Below, piece by piece: positions 1 to 8,901 of a DNA stretch of 19,163 nt. The position numbers were made by a program, and so were the translations under genes. The notes beneath the pieces are model-generated. The model worked only from the letters and a program-made list of their open reading frames with translations, did not search any database and was not told the origin of the DNA. This stretch comes from Candidatus Bathyarchaeia archaeon (GTDB lineage Archaea > Thermoproteota > Bathyarchaeia > Bathyarchaeales > Bathycorpusculaceae), in contig JBEKKX010000041.1 in NCBI GenBank assembly GCA_050010515.1, positions 1 through 19,163 of the forward strand. The letters run 5' to 3'. How positions within the stretch are numbered: the stretch's first letter is position 1; each line of letters starts with the position of its first letter.

Positions 1-355
<355 letters not shown>

Positions 356-659
356 ATTGATGGTGTTTGAGCGATATTTGCGTGAACCGTTTCGGTGTGA
401 AGTGCGCGTAGTCTTGTTTGTCCTGTGCATGGCGTACTGTCATAGTTTTGTAATTTTCATCTTTTGCGTTGTTGTTGGGTAACAGTCGCTTGTGATATTG
501 AAGACCCGTGTGCTAAATTGAGAAATTAGCCCCAGACTTGGCTACTAAACCTCTATTGAAAAAGGGCAAAAAAGATTATTACGCAACTTAACGCAAAGTC
601 AGGCTAATCGACGTTAGAGTTTCAGCTTTGGTTTCTGGAGAAAAGCAGAGGAAGCTGCT

Positions 660-1211
660 TTAAGGTTCTGAGACTTTTTGCGGCATTAAACTTTTTTCAA
701 ACGTTTCTTCGCTTGCAACTTCGCTGAGGGTTTTTCTTGAATGCGCAAGATGCAAAAGCTTGCTTGACAAATCAAGTTTCTCTCGTGAGTAGCCGACCGC
801 TAAAAGCAAGAGAACCTCAAAGTTACTGGGAACCTTCACTGTTTCCTTTACCTCTTTCTCTTCAAAGCTTCCGACGCAGCAGGTGCTTAAGCCTTCGCTG
901 GTTGCGGTTAAAATCATGTTCTCCACTGCTAAGGCAACGTCGATAGCGTACCAGTCTGGCGAGGCTTTCTTATCGCCGCAAGCAACAATCACAAGCGGTG
1001 CTTCAGATAGGAATTTTGCGTAGTTGCCCTTTGAGAGGATTTTTCTTTTCTCTTTATCAGTTACTGCAATAAAATGCCATGGTTCAGTATTTCCCGCTGA
1101 AGGCGCAAGTCTGGCAGCCTCCAAAATTTTCTCAAGCTTTTCTCTTGGCACAGGCGTGTCCTGGTAAGCGCGGATTGACCTTCTTTCCTGTATAGCCTCA
1201 AAAACATCCAT
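660..1211 (-). CDS. Nitroreductase family flavoprotein (about 183 aa)
   Basis: Motifs RRSIRAY, ARLAPSAGNTEPWHF and ENMILTATSEGLSTC. The ATG at 1211 (MDVFEAI) follows AGGAAGG and is preferred over the GTG at 1244. Confidence 0.93.
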   Translation of the reverse strand: MDVFEAIQERRSIRAYQDTPVPREKLEKILEAARLAPSAGNTEPWHFIAVTDKEKRKILSKGNYAKFLSEAPLVIVACGDKKASPDWYAIDVALAVENMILTATSEGLSTCCVGSFEEKEVKETVKVPSNFEVLLLLAVGYSREKLDLSSKLLHLAHSRKTLSEVASEETFEKSLMPQKVSEP

Positions 1212-1313
1212 AACGTTCCTTCCTAAGATAGAAATGGTTTTCACGGTATATTAGCTTATAGAGCCGAAACATCCGCCAATCTGCCCTTAACTTTTTACTG
1301 GGCATTTTTAATC

Positions 1314-1338
1314 GTAAATAGTAGACCCTCTCTCCTCT
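1314..1338 (+). repeat. Dispersed repeat A, copy 1 (copy 2 at 4329-4351)
   Basis: GTAAATAGTAG(AC)CCTCTCTCCTCT; the copies differ only by a 2-nt indel. Confidence 0.75.
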
Positions 1339-1357
1339 GCTTTCAATTTTGCTTGAG

Positions 1358-1409
1358 AAATTCACTTGCTAAATTGATACCCTACCCCGCCTTCCTAATT
1401 TTTGATAAT
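1358..1409 (+). repeat. Direct repeat B, copy 1 (52 bp), left flank of the first AbrB/VapC cassette
   Basis: AAATTCACTTGCTAAATTGATACCCTACCCCGCCTTCCTAATTTTTGATAAT matches 2217-2268 at 49/52 positions by manual alignment. Confidence 0.93.
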
Positions 1410-1500
1410 CAAGGACTTGTCTTGCTAGTTTTTTAGGTAAGTTTCAGTAGATCTTCATTTTAAGTAAGAAACTTTATTTCTCTGATTAAATATTTATCTG

Positions 1501-1746
1501 ATGATGATAGATTTGTCGGAAAAAGTAAAAGTTGGCATGCGCGGACAGGTAGTTATTCCAAAAAGACTTCGTAAGAAATTCAATATTGAAAATGGAATCA
1601 TAATAGAGATCAACGAAACAGAAGAGGGCTTGCTTTTAAAACCTTTTAATCCAGTAGCTGAGCTGAAGGGGCTTGGGAAAGGCGTCTTCGGAGACCCAGT
1701 CAAATACCAGAAAAAAATGCGCGAAGAATGGGATTGCCCGCAATGA
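1501..1746 (+). CDS. vapB: AbrB/MazE/SpoVT-family antitoxin
   Basis: KVGMRGQVVIPKRLRKKFNI AbrB signature; ATGA overlap with the downstream PIN gene. Confidence 0.92.
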   Translation: MMIDLSEKVKVGMRGQVVIPKRLRKKFNIENGIIIEINETEEGLLLKPFNPVAELKGLGKGVFGDPVKYQKKMREEWDCPQ

Positions 1747-2156
1747 AAATAGCCTTAGATACAAATGTCCTTATTTACTTTCTAGAGGGTATAGAACCCC
1801 AAGCCAGTAAAGTAGAAAAAATCTTAAACTTGTTCATGAAAGCACAAGATGAAGGAATTATCTCTACAATAGCGGTTGCTGAGGTCCTAACTGGATTCTA
1901 CATGGCAAGAGAGGAAAAAAAAGTCGCTGAGGCAAAAAAACTGTTAAACGATTTGACTCTTAACAGTTTTAAGATAGTTCCAGTTACATTTGAAATTGCT
2001 GATTTAGCCGCTAATCTGCGTGCTAAGAGGGGCGGAAGACTGCCTGATGCTTTAATTGTGGCCACAGCACTCAACCAAGCAGCTAACATTGTTTATTCTC
2101 AGGATAAGGACCTTCAACGTTTCAATAAGGACATCAAAATTTGTGAATTATCATGA
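1743..2156 (+). CDS. vapC: PIN-domain VapC toxin (about 137 aa)
   Basis: PIN acidic motifs IALDTNVLIY, STIAVAEV, LPDALIVATA and YSQDKD. The ATG at 1743 overlaps the antitoxin stop. Confidence 0.94.
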   Translation: MKIALDTNVLIYFLEGIEPQASKVEKILNLFMKAQDEGIISTIAVAEVLTGFYMAREEKKVAEAKKLLNDLTLNSFKIVPVTFEIADLAANLRAKRGGRLPDALIVATALNQAANIVYSQDKDLQRFNKDIKICELS

Positions 2157-2216
2157 ATAATATGACCATTCACGTAGAAATTTCTGGAAAAAACAGTAAA
2201 AAAATTGAGGCTGGAA

Positions 2217-2268
2217 AAATTCACTTGCTAAATTGATACCCTCTCCCGCCTTCCTAATTTTGGATAAT
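2217..2268 (+). repeat. Direct repeat B, copy 2
   Basis: 49/52 identical to 1358-1409. Confidence 0.93.
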
Positions 2269-2308
2269 TTATTTATCAACAACTTTGTCCTGCTATGAAA
2301 CCGAATGG

Positions 2309-2353
2309 TTTATTTTTTACTACAGGGTCTGTAGTACTACAGAGTGTGTAGTA
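2309..2353 (+). promoter_or_regulatory. TATA-like element followed by two overlapping palindromic operator-like sites, TACTACA-N5-TGTAGTA
   Basis: Units at 2318-2336 and 2335-2353 (17-bp period) lie between TTTATT (2309) and the ATG at 2355. Confidence 0.7.
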
Positions 2354-2354
2354 A

Positions 2355-3431
2355 ATGCTGTTTGACTTAGCCCCAAAAGACTCGCCAGAAGCCCTTTTTG
2401 GAAGAGAAAAAGAAATCGACGAACTCGTCCGCTTCATCGAAGCAGGAAGGTGGGTAACTGTGCTTGGGCCACGAATGGTAGGAAAAACCAGCCTCATAAA
2501 AGCAACCCGTGCCTGCCTCAACCGCCAAACCGTTTACGTCAACTTATGGGGTGCAACTGGCGTTCAGGGGCTCCTCAACGCGTTAGTGCAAAGTGTCAAC
2601 TCCTCTATGACTCTGTCTCAAAAAATCAAGGAAGCAGCCTCAAGAATAGAAGGATTAACGGTTGGCCCCAGCGGTTTATCAGTAACCATCCCTCGAAGGC
2701 CATTAACCACGCTTTGGAATCTGCTTGATGTTTTGGGCAGGCAAGACGAGAACTTGGTCATTGAGCTAGATGAAGTGCAGGAGTTGTCCTATGTCTCTGG
2801 TCAGTTACTAAAGGTTCTTGCAAACATATTCAATACGCATTCCCATGTCGTTTTTGTGTTTACTGGGTCAATGTTTGGCCTTATTCGAACGCTGCTCAAT
2901 CCAGAATCTTCTAGGAGCCCCATGTTTGGTCGTCCGCCTGCGGAGCTTTATCTGCAGAGATTTGACAAAACTCAGGTTGCAGAGTTCCTCAAACAAGGCT
3001 TCAAAGAATATAACATGAAACCGCCTAGCAACTTGATAAGTCAAGAGGTTGAGTCGAAACTGGGCGGCACACCTGGCTGGCTTACTTTATATGGGAACAA
3101 CATTGCGGTTGGCAAACTCTCTCCTCAAGAAGCATTGCACAAAACAGTGGAGCAGGGTCTTAGGGTTGTGAGGGAGGAGCTTGAGCATTTTCTTGAAAGT
3201 AGAGACAGAAAACTTTACGTTACGGCTCTATCCGCAATGACTAATCCTGCCAGATGGAGTGATATTAAAGCCAGCGTCGAGGCGAGAAGGGGAACTCCCG
3301 TTTCTGACTCTACAATCCAAGTAGTATTGAAAAGCTTGGAGGACGGACTGCTCATAGACCACAAAGACAAAGTTTACCAAATAGCCGATACAATGCTGAG
3401 AACATTATTGCTGAGCGGTTCAGCGACTTAA
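2355..3431 (+). CDS. Archaeal P-loop ATPase (COG1672/ATPase_2 type) with a probable C-terminal winged helix
   Basis: LFGREKE, Walker A GPRMVGKTS, Walker B LVIELDEVQ, VFTGS and GGTPGWL; C-terminal RWSDIK...LKSLEDGLLI. Confidence 0.9.
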   Translation: MLFDLAPKDSPEALFGREKEIDELVRFIEAGRWVTVLGPRMVGKTSLIKATRACLNRQTVYVNLWGATGVQGLLNALVQSVNSSMTLSQKIKEAASRIEGLTVGPSGLSVTIPRRPLTTLWNLLDVLGRQDENLVIELDEVQELSYVSGQLLKVLANIFNTHSHVVFVFTGSMFGLIRTLLNPESSRSPMFGRPPAELYLQRFDKTQVAEFLKQGFKEYNMKPPSNLISQEVESKLGGTPGWLTLYGNNIAVGKLSPQEALHKTVEQGLRVVREELEHFLESRDRKLYVTALSAMTNPARWSDIKASVEARRGTPVSDSTIQVVLKSLEDGLLIDHKDKVYQIADTMLRTLLLSGSAT

Positions 3432-3466
3432 ACTAAACCCTTATGCAAGCGATTTGTGCGTGCACA

Positions 3467-3537
3467 AGCCTACCCCTAGTCTACTAGATGCTTCTAATAT
3501 GCCCCAAATATGATTCAACATAGATGTGCATAGAATT
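3467..3537 (+). repeat. Direct repeat D, copy 1 (about 71 bp); overlaps the 3' end of hepT
   Basis: AGCCTACCCCTAGTCTACTAGATGCTTCTAATA...CCAAATATGATTCAACATAG...TGCAT.GAATT versus 4510-4581: 6 substitutions and 1 indel. Confidence 0.93.
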
Positions 3538-3826
3538 GAGCTTTTACAGCTTTCCACAGTACCTGCAGGTTTACGCCGAAGTATTCATGGATGAGTTTAT
3601 CGCGAGTGCCCGCCATCATTTTCCAAGGGATTTGAGGATACTTATCTTTGGTTTCCAGAGGGATACGCTTTGTTGCTTCACCGATAATCTCAAAGTTTCT
3701 AACTATTGCATCAACCGTTTTACTATCTTCCGAAAACTGCTCAAAACTGAGTCCTTCAACATAGTTTTCTATCTTTTCTATGGCATCAGCGATATCGTCG
3801 AGATATAGACGAGAGTCCCTTTTCAA
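3515..3826 (-). CDS. hepT: HepT-like HEPN (DUF86) RNase toxin, with the C-terminus apparently replaced by repeat sequence
   Basis: [15 protein letters not shown] and [19 protein letters not shown] (R-X4-H motif); overlaps the MNT stop. Confidence 0.9.
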   Translation of the reverse strand: MKRDSRLYLDDIADAIEKIENYVEGLSFEQFSEDSKTVDAIVRNFEIIGEATKRIPLETKDKYPQIPWKMMAGTRDKLIHEYFGVNLQVLWKAVKAQFYAHLC

Positions 3827-4122
3827 ACGTAAATTGCCTCGTTTAATATACTATCTTTTATCCTAGGCTTAAGAGCATCTCGCATAACCAAATCAACCTT
3901 AACACCAAGCTGCTGGCTCAGAAAATCTTCAAGCTCAACAAACCTGAAAAGGCTTATCGGTTCATAAAAATCAACCAAAATATCAAGATCACTCGTATCC
4001 TTCTGCTCTCCTCTAACATACGATCCAAAAAGACCAATACTTTTCACTTTGAACTTTTCTTCAATTTCGGGCTTCAACAATTCTAATCTGTTTTTAAGCG
4101 AATCAAAATTCAAAGGAGTCAT
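3823..4122 (-). CDS. mntA: Minimal nucleotidyltransferase antitoxin
   Basis: [20 protein letters not shown] and KVDLV motifs. Start is uncertain (4122 or 4146). Confidence 0.92.
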   Translation of the reverse strand: MTPLNFDSLKNRLELLKPEIEEKFKVKSIGLFGSYVRGEQKDTSDLDILVDFYEPISLFRFVELEDFLSQQLGVKVDLVMRDALKPRIKDSILNEAIYV

Positions 4123-4328
4123 GAGCAGAAATATGCAGTTGGTCATATTTAGTTTTTTTGAGTAGTTCGGTTGTGAATCAATTGGTTTTTGTTGAACAGG
4201 GCTTGTTTTGACTCTTCTTAACCGTCACGCATGTAAATTGCTACTAGTTACGCATATTATAGCAATACGCCAACGAAGCACCAAATATTAGGATCAGCTT
4301 ATTAGCTTTTATGCTAGCGCAATCAGTT

Positions 4329-4351
4329 GTAAATAGTAGCCTCTCTCCTCT
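4329..4351 (+). repeat. Dispersed repeat A, copy 2
   Basis: Matches 1314-1338. Confidence 0.75.
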
Positions 4352-4410
4352 CTGTGAAAGTGTTGTTTTGGGTTGCTTTTTTGGTTCAGGGTTTAAATTG
4401 GTTGCAGGTT

Positions 4411-4470
4411 GAGGCTAGAAAAGGTTTGAAAAGGTGCAAAAAGGCTAAAAAAGGTAAAAAAAGGTTATCG
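4411..4470 (+). repeat. Six degenerate 10-bp tandem units (phased A-tracts, RAGGnnnnAA)
   Basis: GAGGCTAGAA AAGGTTTGAA AAGGTGCAAA AAGGCTAAAA AAGGTAAAAA AAGGTTATCG. Confidence 0.75.
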
Positions 4471-4509
4471 CCAACATAACCTAACCAGACTCCCGTTTGT
4501 GTGCGCTAC

Positions 4510-4581
4510 AGCCTACCCCCTAGTCTACTAGATGCTTCTAATAGGCTCCAAATATGATTCAACATAGCGTTGCATGGAATT
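4510..4581 (+). repeat. Direct repeat D, copy 2
   Basis: Matches 3467-3537. Confidence 0.93.
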
Positions 4582-4744
4582 AAGGCGCGCACTTTTGCAT
4601 GCAGAACAGTGCTTTTTCATGTACAAGAAGAAGCTTTACATAAACAAAACAATACAAAACCGAACAGATTGGCAATTTTTTCTTCCATATGGTAAGAATT
4701 CTTTCCAATTCTACCCCTCAAAACTTTATAGCTGTTAAGCTCAA

Positions 4745-4960
4745 ATGGCCTGGCCACATGCAACAAAAGAGGTGAAAACCATCAAAGAACTTACCCCACT
4801 TAAACAAGCTTTAAGGGAACTGGCAGCACTTGGCGAAGAAGAACACGAAGGACCACTCATAGACCTCGCGGTGCTATTATCAAAAATTGTCCGAACATCC
4901 GAACACAAAGGCATCCACTACACACTAGAAAAATACGCACCAGAATTAATCAAAATCTAA
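4745..4960 (+). CDS. Small hypothetical helical protein
   Basis: 71-aa ORF with protein-like composition and TTTATA upstream (about 4725). An internal GAGGTGA at 4769 makes the start uncertain. Confidence 0.5.
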   Translation: MAWPHATKEVKTIKELTPLKQALRELAALGEEEHEGPLIDLAVLLSKIVRTSEHKGIHYTLEKYAPELIKI

Positions 4961-5161
4961 CAAGCTTAAAAGTTACTATCACTTTATCAAGCACTTATTT
5001 TCAAATCACCAGACAAGGAATTGCACAAAGGTAGATTTTGATTAACTTTCTTACCAAATAATTCTAAACTATTAACAACTGCTTCTTAGTTAAAACGTCA
5101 AATAGCAGAATTATACGATTAAATTTATAGCCAAGAAAACAGCATAGCACAACTGGTCGTT

Positions 5162-6511
5162 ATGGTTACAAAGACGCTCAAGAAGAAAGAAGTTGAATTA
5201 GGGTTCGTTCACATACCCGTCAAAAACAGAGCGGAACTTTTGGGAGAGTTGGTGGCGCCCTTTGAAACCAAACTTAATGATTCGCCTGCTAAATTTGACA
5301 AATATGGACGCTTATGGTCATATTATCTTAAGCGAAGATTTCCCACCGGTACCCAAATTACGATTAGTAAGAATGATGGTGGTCTCGAAATTTCAGCAAT
5401 AGAAAAACAAGAAGGAAATACGGCTTTACAGATGACAGCACCTATAGAAACGGTTTCTACAAACATATTATTGCCTGAAAACGTCATATCTCATCAAGTG
5501 CTTGAAAAACGTTCGACTGAGCCTATTGCTGAAGGTGCCAACACTCTTCCGTCACAGGAAATTACAAACATAGACCGAGTTAAACCATACTTCCATGCTA
5601 ATTCTGTATTAATTTTTAATGAAAATGTAACTACTACAGAAGCTGTAGAAAAGAACAGTATTGATCTTATTGTTACATCCCCACCCTACAACGTCGATAT
5701 AAAGTACAACAGCCATGATGACAAAATCTCTTACGAAGATTACTTAGAGTTTAGTAGAAAATGGATGTCGCGTTGTTTCGAATGGCTGAAAGAAGATGGT
5801 CGTTTCTGTTTAAACATTCCCCTAGACAAAAATAAGAACGGTCAACAAAGTGTAGGAGCGGATTTGACAACTATAGCTAAGAAAATAGGCTTCAAATATC
5901 ACTCAACAATAGTTTGGAATGAAGGCAACATCTCTAGAAGAACCGCTTGGGGTTCATGGATGCGTGCTTCAGCCCCGTTTGTGATTGCACCGGTTGAATT
6001 AATTGTGATTCTCTATAAAGAGACGTGGAAAAAGACTAGTGGCAGTAAGGTTTCAGATATTAGTAGAGATGATTTCATGAATTGGACTAATGGTCTTTGG
6101 ACTTTCCAAGGAGAAAGTAAAAAACGAACCGGGCATCCTGCGCCTTTCCCGATTGAACTTCCTCATCGGTGCATTAAACTGTTCAGTTTTGTTAATGATT
6201 TGGTTTTAGACCCATTTTTAGGTAGCGGAACTACGTTGGTTGCTTCAGTTTTAGACAATCGAAGAGGTATAGGTATCGACGTAGATTTGGAATATTGCGA
6301 GTTAGCTAAGAAACGCTTAATTAAAGAAGCACATATACTCGATACTGTTCTTGCTACAGTAGGCGAATCTCATGAAGCTGAGAGACAGCGAGGAGCCAAA
6401 AAAGAAACTATTAACAGCACTCAAGGAACAGAGAGAACTAAGACGCAAAGAGGAAAGCGTGAAGTCTCAGCTAGACTTGATAATGGAATACTTCAAGAAA
6501 AATCCCGGTAG
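5162..6511 (+). CDS. Beta-class N4C/N6A DNA methyltransferase with an N-terminal extension of about 140 aa
   Basis: Catalytic motif IV DLIVTSPPY precedes HPAPFP and motif I VLDPFLGSGTT. Confidence 0.95.
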   Translation: MVTKTLKKKEVELGFVHIPVKNRAELLGELVAPFETKLNDSPAKFDKYGRLWSYYLKRRFPTGTQITISKNDGGLEISAIEKQEGNTALQMTAPIETVSTNILLPENVISHQVLEKRSTEPIAEGANTLPSQEITNIDRVKPYFHANSVLIFNENVTTTEAVEKNSIDLIVTSPPYNVDIKYNSHDDKISYEDYLEFSRKWMSRCFEWLKEDGRFCLNIPLDKNKNGQQSVGADLTTIAKKIGFKYHSTIVWNEGNISRRTAWGSWMRASAPFVIAPVELIVILYKETWKKTSGSKVSDISRDDFMNWTNGLWTFQGESKKRTGHPAPFPIELPHRCIKLFSFVNDLVLDPFLGSGTTLVASVLDNRRGIGIDVDLEYCELAKKRLIKEAHILDTVLATVGESHEAERQRGAKKETINSTQGTERTKTQRGKREVSARLDNGILQEKSR

Positions 6512-7034
6512 AGACATAAAACACCCTGAGATTGTTGACTGGGTTGTAGCAGAATGGAATAAGCGAACAGGTAAAGTTTTCAGAGACCCAGATAGAGGAA
6601 TTAGAAGGTTATCGCAAGATGGTTTGCTTATCAAGGTTGCAAAGGGAGTTTATCGGTATGAACCTGATTTTGTTGTTAAAAGAGACTTAGAAGATTTTAC
6701 TCCAGCGCAAAAAGAAGCTATTATGAAAAGAGATAATTACCGATGTGTTGTTTGTGGTCGGAGTGTTGCTAACGGTGTAGAATTACAGGTTGACCACATA
6801 AAGCCAAAAGACCAAGGTGGTAAAGCAACAATAGAAAATGGGGAAACCTTGTGTGCTCAGCACAATTTTCTTAAGAAAAACTACAAACAAACAGAATCAG
6901 GTAAACGGTTTTTCATACGTCTATATGAAATGGCAAAAGCCAACAAGGATAAACCACTTCAAGATTTCTGCACCCAAATCCTTGATGTTTACGAAAAAAA
7001 TAATGTTAACAGTCACATAGTTTGGGAAAGATAA
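6459..7034 (+). CDS. HNH endonuclease, probably the cognate type II restriction enzyme
   Basis: RDNYRCVVCG, LQVDHIKP and GKATIENGETLCAQHN. The GTG at 6459 follows GAGGA and is preferred; the ORF is open from 6372. Confidence 0.88.
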   Translation: MKSQLDLIMEYFKKNPGRDIKHPEIVDWVVAEWNKRTGKVFRDPDRGIRRLSQDGLLIKVAKGVYRYEPDFVVKRDLEDFTPAQKEAIMKRDNYRCVVCGRSVANGVELQVDHIKPKDQGGKATIENGETLCAQHNFLKKNYKQTESGKRFFIRLYEMAKANKDKPLQDFCTQILDVYEKNNVNSHIVWER

Positions 7035-7190
7035 AAGAACAAAAAAGAAGTAAACACGGTTGAAAAAGAGTGGCTTATTCCAAAAGAAACTTGGCGATAG
7101 CCAATAGCTAAAAAAACAGTTCAACGTACGTAATCCTTTCAACATTGCTTATTTTTATATACCAATTCATACAACAAGCTTGCGATTGAT

Positions 7191-8249
7191 ATGGGTGCTT
7201 TCATCTGCCAAGTATCAAAGATGGATTGGTTAGTAAGTCGTAGAATCGGTGTTTACGGGAACCGAGAAGGAACCGACACAGATGGAATAGTACAATACTT
7301 TAACAAAAGTAAGCATGGAACGCAAACAATTCAATCAATAATTGAAGATTTAATCGGAATGAAAAAAGGAGACATAGTATTTTTTCATGTCCTTGAAGAG
7401 CAAGCAGAAAGTACATTACACGGCGTTTATAGAGTGAGAGAAGAGCCTTTTTACAACGATAAACTGGGAATATGGAAATCGAGTGCTAGCCTGGTGTATC
7501 CATATAGGTTCTGTTTTGAGCCTCATCCTGATTATACGGAGCTTTGTAAACATGATGTAAGCATCCCCGTTAGTGAATTCTACCGTTCTGTTGAGCAAAG
7601 AAAAGTCATCTCAGTTTTAACATTGGAACGTGAAGTAAGAGGAGCTGCGCATGCAGTTAAGAAAATTACAGAAAATGATGGCGTTGAAATTACCAGATTA
7701 TTGTATAGGAAGCAAGATATGCTACCATCAAATGAACTGATAGAGTTTCATCCCGTGCAAATGGCCATGTCTCCCCTAAGAAACTATATTGAGAAAATTG
7801 GCTCAATCGAATTTTCGATCAAGGCATTATTGGCTTATGAACTTGGAAGAAAAAACCCTGGCATAGTAAAATTCTTTCCAGCTTGTAGAAGTCTTAAATT
7901 TGATGTTTTAATCGAGGCATTCATCGGTCAAACCATGCGAAGACCTATCGATCTTATGTGTATTTCAGCCAACAAAGATGTGATTGTTACAACCATCGAA
8001 GCAAAAACAGACCAATCGGATATTTATGACCTAGTTCAAACCCTTGAATATCAGGACATTTTCAAGCTTAGAAACACTGACAAAGGAGCACTAAATTTTA
8101 ATTTTTCGATCTGCCTTTTGGCAAAAAGATTCTCTCCAAAATTAATTGAATACGTAACGATTAGAAACCTTATTCTACTGTGGGAAGAAATTATTCTTCT
8201 TAGGTATGATCCTTCATTAGATGGCAAAAGTGCCAATTTCTTTCTATAA
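7191..8249 (+). CDS. EVE/PUA-like domain fused to a PD-(D/E)XK (NucS-like) nuclease; candidate modification-dependent nuclease
   Basis: N-terminal MKKGDIVFFH, LHGVYRV and YPYRF; C-terminal IDLMC, IEAK and QTLEY. Confidence 0.7.
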   Translation: MGAFICQVSKMDWLVSRRIGVYGNREGTDTDGIVQYFNKSKHGTQTIQSIIEDLIGMKKGDIVFFHVLEEQAESTLHGVYRVREEPFYNDKLGIWKSSASLVYPYRFCFEPHPDYTELCKHDVSIPVSEFYRSVEQRKVISVLTLEREVRGAAHAVKKITENDGVEITRLLYRKQDMLPSNELIEFHPVQMAMSPLRNYIEKIGSIEFSIKALLAYELGRKNPGIVKFFPACRSLKFDVLIEAFIGQTMRRPIDLMCISANKDVIVTTIEAKTDQSDIYDLVQTLEYQDIFKLRNTDKGALNFNFSICLLAKRFSPKLIEYVTIRNLILLWEEIILLRYDPSLDGKSANFFL

Positions 8250-8264
8250 CAAACAGTTTCTGAA

Positions 8265-8687
8265 ATGCCTCCAGAGTTTCCAAATTACAAAGTTATTAGT
8301 TCAAATGAAATTGATAAAATAAAAAATAACGCTAATTCCTATAGACTTTTTAGAAATGCGCCTGATAATATTAAACTAAAACTAATTTCCAACCAAAACA
8401 ACTTAATGGTAATACGCAAGATCTCTGAATACAATAGCCTTCAATTAGGCGATATCTTGATTTATCAAATTCATGGAAAATGCTCAATTAAGCAGTTCAG
8501 CAACTTTATGAAATTGGTAAAGGAGCATGCAGATAGCTGTTATAACGGCGATCTTATGAGTGTAGAGCCGTTAATAATTGCTGAATCGTATGAAAATATC
8601 ATAAGCTTCTTTGTTGATAATTACAACAAGTTTGAAACAATTGCCCAACGAGTTCCCATAATTATGTATACTCTAGCGCCAAAATAA
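8265..8687 (+). CDS. Hypothetical protein in frame with the upstream nuclease; possibly its severed C-terminal domain
   Basis: Same frame as 7191-8249, separated only by TAA and the codons QTVSE. Confidence 0.6.
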   Translation: MPPEFPNYKVISSNEIDKIKNNANSYRLFRNAPDNIKLKLISNQNNLMVIRKISEYNSLQLGDILIYQIHGKCSIKQFSNFMKLVKEHADSCYNGDLMSVEPLIIAESYENIISFFVDNYNKFETIAQRVPIIMYTLAPK

Positions 8688-8733
8688 CCAACAGAAACCC
8701 GCTAAATCACAGTTATTCTTTCAGTCTGGTGTA

Positions 8734-8827
8734 GTAGTAACTTTTATTTGTGTAAAGTTTTATGTGTTGGTGTAATCTGGGCGTCTTTGGGATGCCTCGA
8801 TATCTCCCCAGTAGAGCAACTGCCTTG
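8734..8827 (+). pseudogene. Decayed copy of the tRNA-Thr promoter region plus tRNA 5' half, ending in the anticodon
   Basis: Aligns to 9632-9728 (GTAGTAACTTTTATTTG...TATGTGTTGGTGTAATCTGGGCGTCTTTG...GCCTCGATA...CCCAGTAGAGC..CTGCCTTG). Confidence 0.9.
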
Positions 8828-8901
8828 AGGGGGTTAAATAGACAATTTAGTTTAAACAAGTTTTATCAGAATAATCAAGCCAGCAATATGACAGATAGAG
8901 G

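Noticed and set aside
6372-6511. Programmed frameshift fusing the MTase and HNH genes
   Set aside because: No clear slippery site with a downstream structure; an SD-preceded GTG at 6459 explains independent translation.
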